Positions 62,837 through 64,000 of a stretch of DNA of 64,000 nucleotides are shown piece after piece. Origin of the DNA: Enterococcus phage VRE9_4; the sequence record PP680570.1; one strand, given 5' to 3'. Made by a program: the position numbers and the translations under genes. The notes beneath the pieces are model-generated. The model was given only the letters and a program-made list of their open reading frames with translations, did no database searches and was not told where the DNA came from. Numbering within the stretch: the stretch's first letter is position 1; the number at the start of each line of letters is the position of its first letter.

Positions 62837-64000
62837 ATGGCTCAGGAAGAAAAACAAAAGTCAGTAGTAGAAATGCAAGCAGAAAAAATTCACTGCGAAC
62901 ATTGTAATAGATTTTATCCTGCAAAGGATTTTTATAAAGATAAAAATGGAGACCCAATGAAAAAATGTAAGAAATGTATGGCATCTCTTATTGATTTAAA
63001 ATCTCCATCAACGGTAATGAAGATTATGGAAGAAATTGATATTCCATATATTCCAGATGAGTGGAATTCATTAAGAGAACGATATGAATTCTCAACATCT
63101 AAAGATGGTAAAACTATTCGTAATAAAAATGCAAACCAATCTGTCTTAGGACGTTATATTGGTAAAATGCGATTAGAACAATATAAAGGTTATAAATTCT
63201 CTGACACTCCTCAATTTATGGAACAACACGATCAAGAGATTCAACAAAAACGTGATATACTTCATCAAAAACTAGAGGATTTATTAGACAAAGGTTATGA
63301 TCCTGATACTGCTATGCAACTAATGGCAGGAAGAATTGATACAGAAGATGAAGATCCTGCATTAACTAAGACTCAAATAAAAGAATTAAAAATTAAATGG
63401 GGAACTTTATATAATGAAGAAGAATTAATTCAATTAGAAACTTTTTATGGGGAAATGCACGAATCTTATGATATCACTTCTGCTTCTCATGAAGATTACT
63501 TAAAACAAATCTGTAAAGTTTCTTTACGTATGCATAGTTTAATTGATTCAGGAATGTATGATGAATACCAGAAATTATCTAACACCTATGATAAAATGAT
63601 GAAATCTGCTAAATTCACTGCTTCCCAAGAGAAAGAGGAAGATAAATTCATTGATAGTATCTCTGAAATGGTGCGTTTATGTGAAGAAGAAGGGTTTATT
63701 CCTGTATACCATACAGATGAGCCACAAGATATCGTAGATGTTACATTGCGAGATTTCACAAACTACGTACGTAATTTAGTTGAAAAAGAATTAAACTTAG
63801 ATTCTCTAATTGAAAAAGGCTTAGAACAAATTAAATTGGACGAAGAGAAAGAACAAATGTCTGCAGATGATGCTCTGTTTGTAGAAGAAGACATGGTTTC
63901 TGATGATGATTTATTGTTTGAAGCTGTTAATACTGAGGTTCTACCAGAACTTACTGATGAGGCTAAGTTATTGGGGGTAGAACTTGATGGCGAAGAATAA
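62837..64000 (+). CDS. hypothetical protein with N-terminal Zn-ribbon and acidic C-terminus (387 aa)
   Basis: CEHCNRFY...CKKCM; AAGGAGG SD. Confidence 0.55.
   Translation: MAQEEKQKSVVEMQAEKIHCEHCNRFYPAKDFYKDKNGDPMKKCKKCMASLIDLKSPSTVMKIMEEIDIPYIPDEWNSLRERYEFSTSKDGKTIRNKNANQSVLGRYIGKMRLEQYKGYKFSDTPQFMEQHDQEIQQKRDILHQKLEDLLDKGYDPDTAMQLMAGRIDTEDEDPALTKTQIKELKIKWGTLYNEEELIQLETFYGEMHESYDITSASHEDYLKQICKVSLRMHSLIDSGMYDEYQKLSNTYDKMMKSAKFTASQEKEEDKFIDSISEMVRLCEEEGFIPVYHTDEPQDIVDVTLRDFTNYVRNLVEKELNLDSLIEKGLEQIKLDEEKEQMSADDALFVEEDMVSDDDLLFEAVNTEVLPELTDEAKLLGVELDGEE

Noticed and set aside
1-64000. Lysogeny module (integrase, CI-like repressor, attP)
   Set aside because: No tyrosine/serine recombinase motifs and no repressor-Cro pair were found. 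The gene content is that of a virulent phage. The HTH protein at 37680 has no adjacent integrase.

Overview
This 64-kb window is AT-rich (about 30% GC), densely coding, and looks like a large virulent phage of a low-GC Firmicute. The host is probably a lactic acid bacterium. The signals for that host call are AGGAGG-type ribosome-binding sites, TTG/GTG starts, sigma-A-like promoters and cre-like palindromes. The overall size and gene content suggest an SPO1-like or Herelleviridae-like myovirus, but this is inference only. No integrase, repressor/lysogeny module or CRISPR array was seen.

Transcription runs in four blocks:
- 1-15,089 on the minus strand.
- 15,538-45,607 on the plus strand.
- 45.6-57 kb on the minus strand, a classic early block of many small genes, each with its own promoter and terminator.
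- 58,258-64,000 on the plus strand.

Recognisable genes:
- Nucleotide and folate metabolism: aerobic class Ib ribonucleotide reductase NrdE, anaerobic class III reductase NrdD with its activase NrdG, a thioredoxin-reductase-like flavoprotein, thymidylate synthase, dihydrofolate reductase and FolD.
- Lysis and cell wall: an amidase_2 endolysin, and a secreted LysM/transglycosylase protein.
- Phosphoesterases: two calcineurin-like metallophosphoesterases and a HAD phosphatase.
- RNA and nucleic-acid enzymes: an RNase H-like protein, a minimal nucleotidyltransferase-fold protein, a PTH2-like peptidyl-tRNA hydrolase, two paralogous DEDDh 3'-5' exonucleases and a PIN-PhoH ATPase.
- Structural candidates: a tail fibre with a C-terminal S74-type chaperone domain, a His-rich fibre-like protein and a collagen-like protein.
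- A tRNA array of at least eight canonical tRNAs.

Features that stand out:
- A 503-aa vWA/MIDAS protein with Ro60-like architecture sits inside the tRNA array, next to non-canonical tRNA-like elements. This could be a phage Ro/Y-RNA-like RNP.
- A family of three large paralogous proteins (339, 399 and 623 aa) shares the core Sx[HD]PxD-x3-MS-x4-6-WxSC. They are interleaved with an M20/M28-like metallopeptidase and several Zn-ribbon proteins.
- Six paralogous small winged-helix proteins occur in the window. The module of a winged-helix gene followed by a DEDDh exonuclease is duplicated.
- A 1.4-kb non-coding control region (56.8-58.3 kb) carries a perfect 2x111-bp tandem repeat, CRP-type TGTGA-N6-TCACA palindromes, perfect cre-consensus palindromes (TGTAAGCGCTTACA) and AAATAACA-AG-TGTTATTT palindromes.
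- Three non-coding islands are saturated with AAAATAACA motifs and GC-clamp hairpins.
- Promoters follow an unusually rigid grammar, TTGAnn-N14-TGnTATAAT, in more than 25 copies. Seven copies share an identical leader.
- The 9-mer CTCTCTTGG is strand-biased and over-represented.
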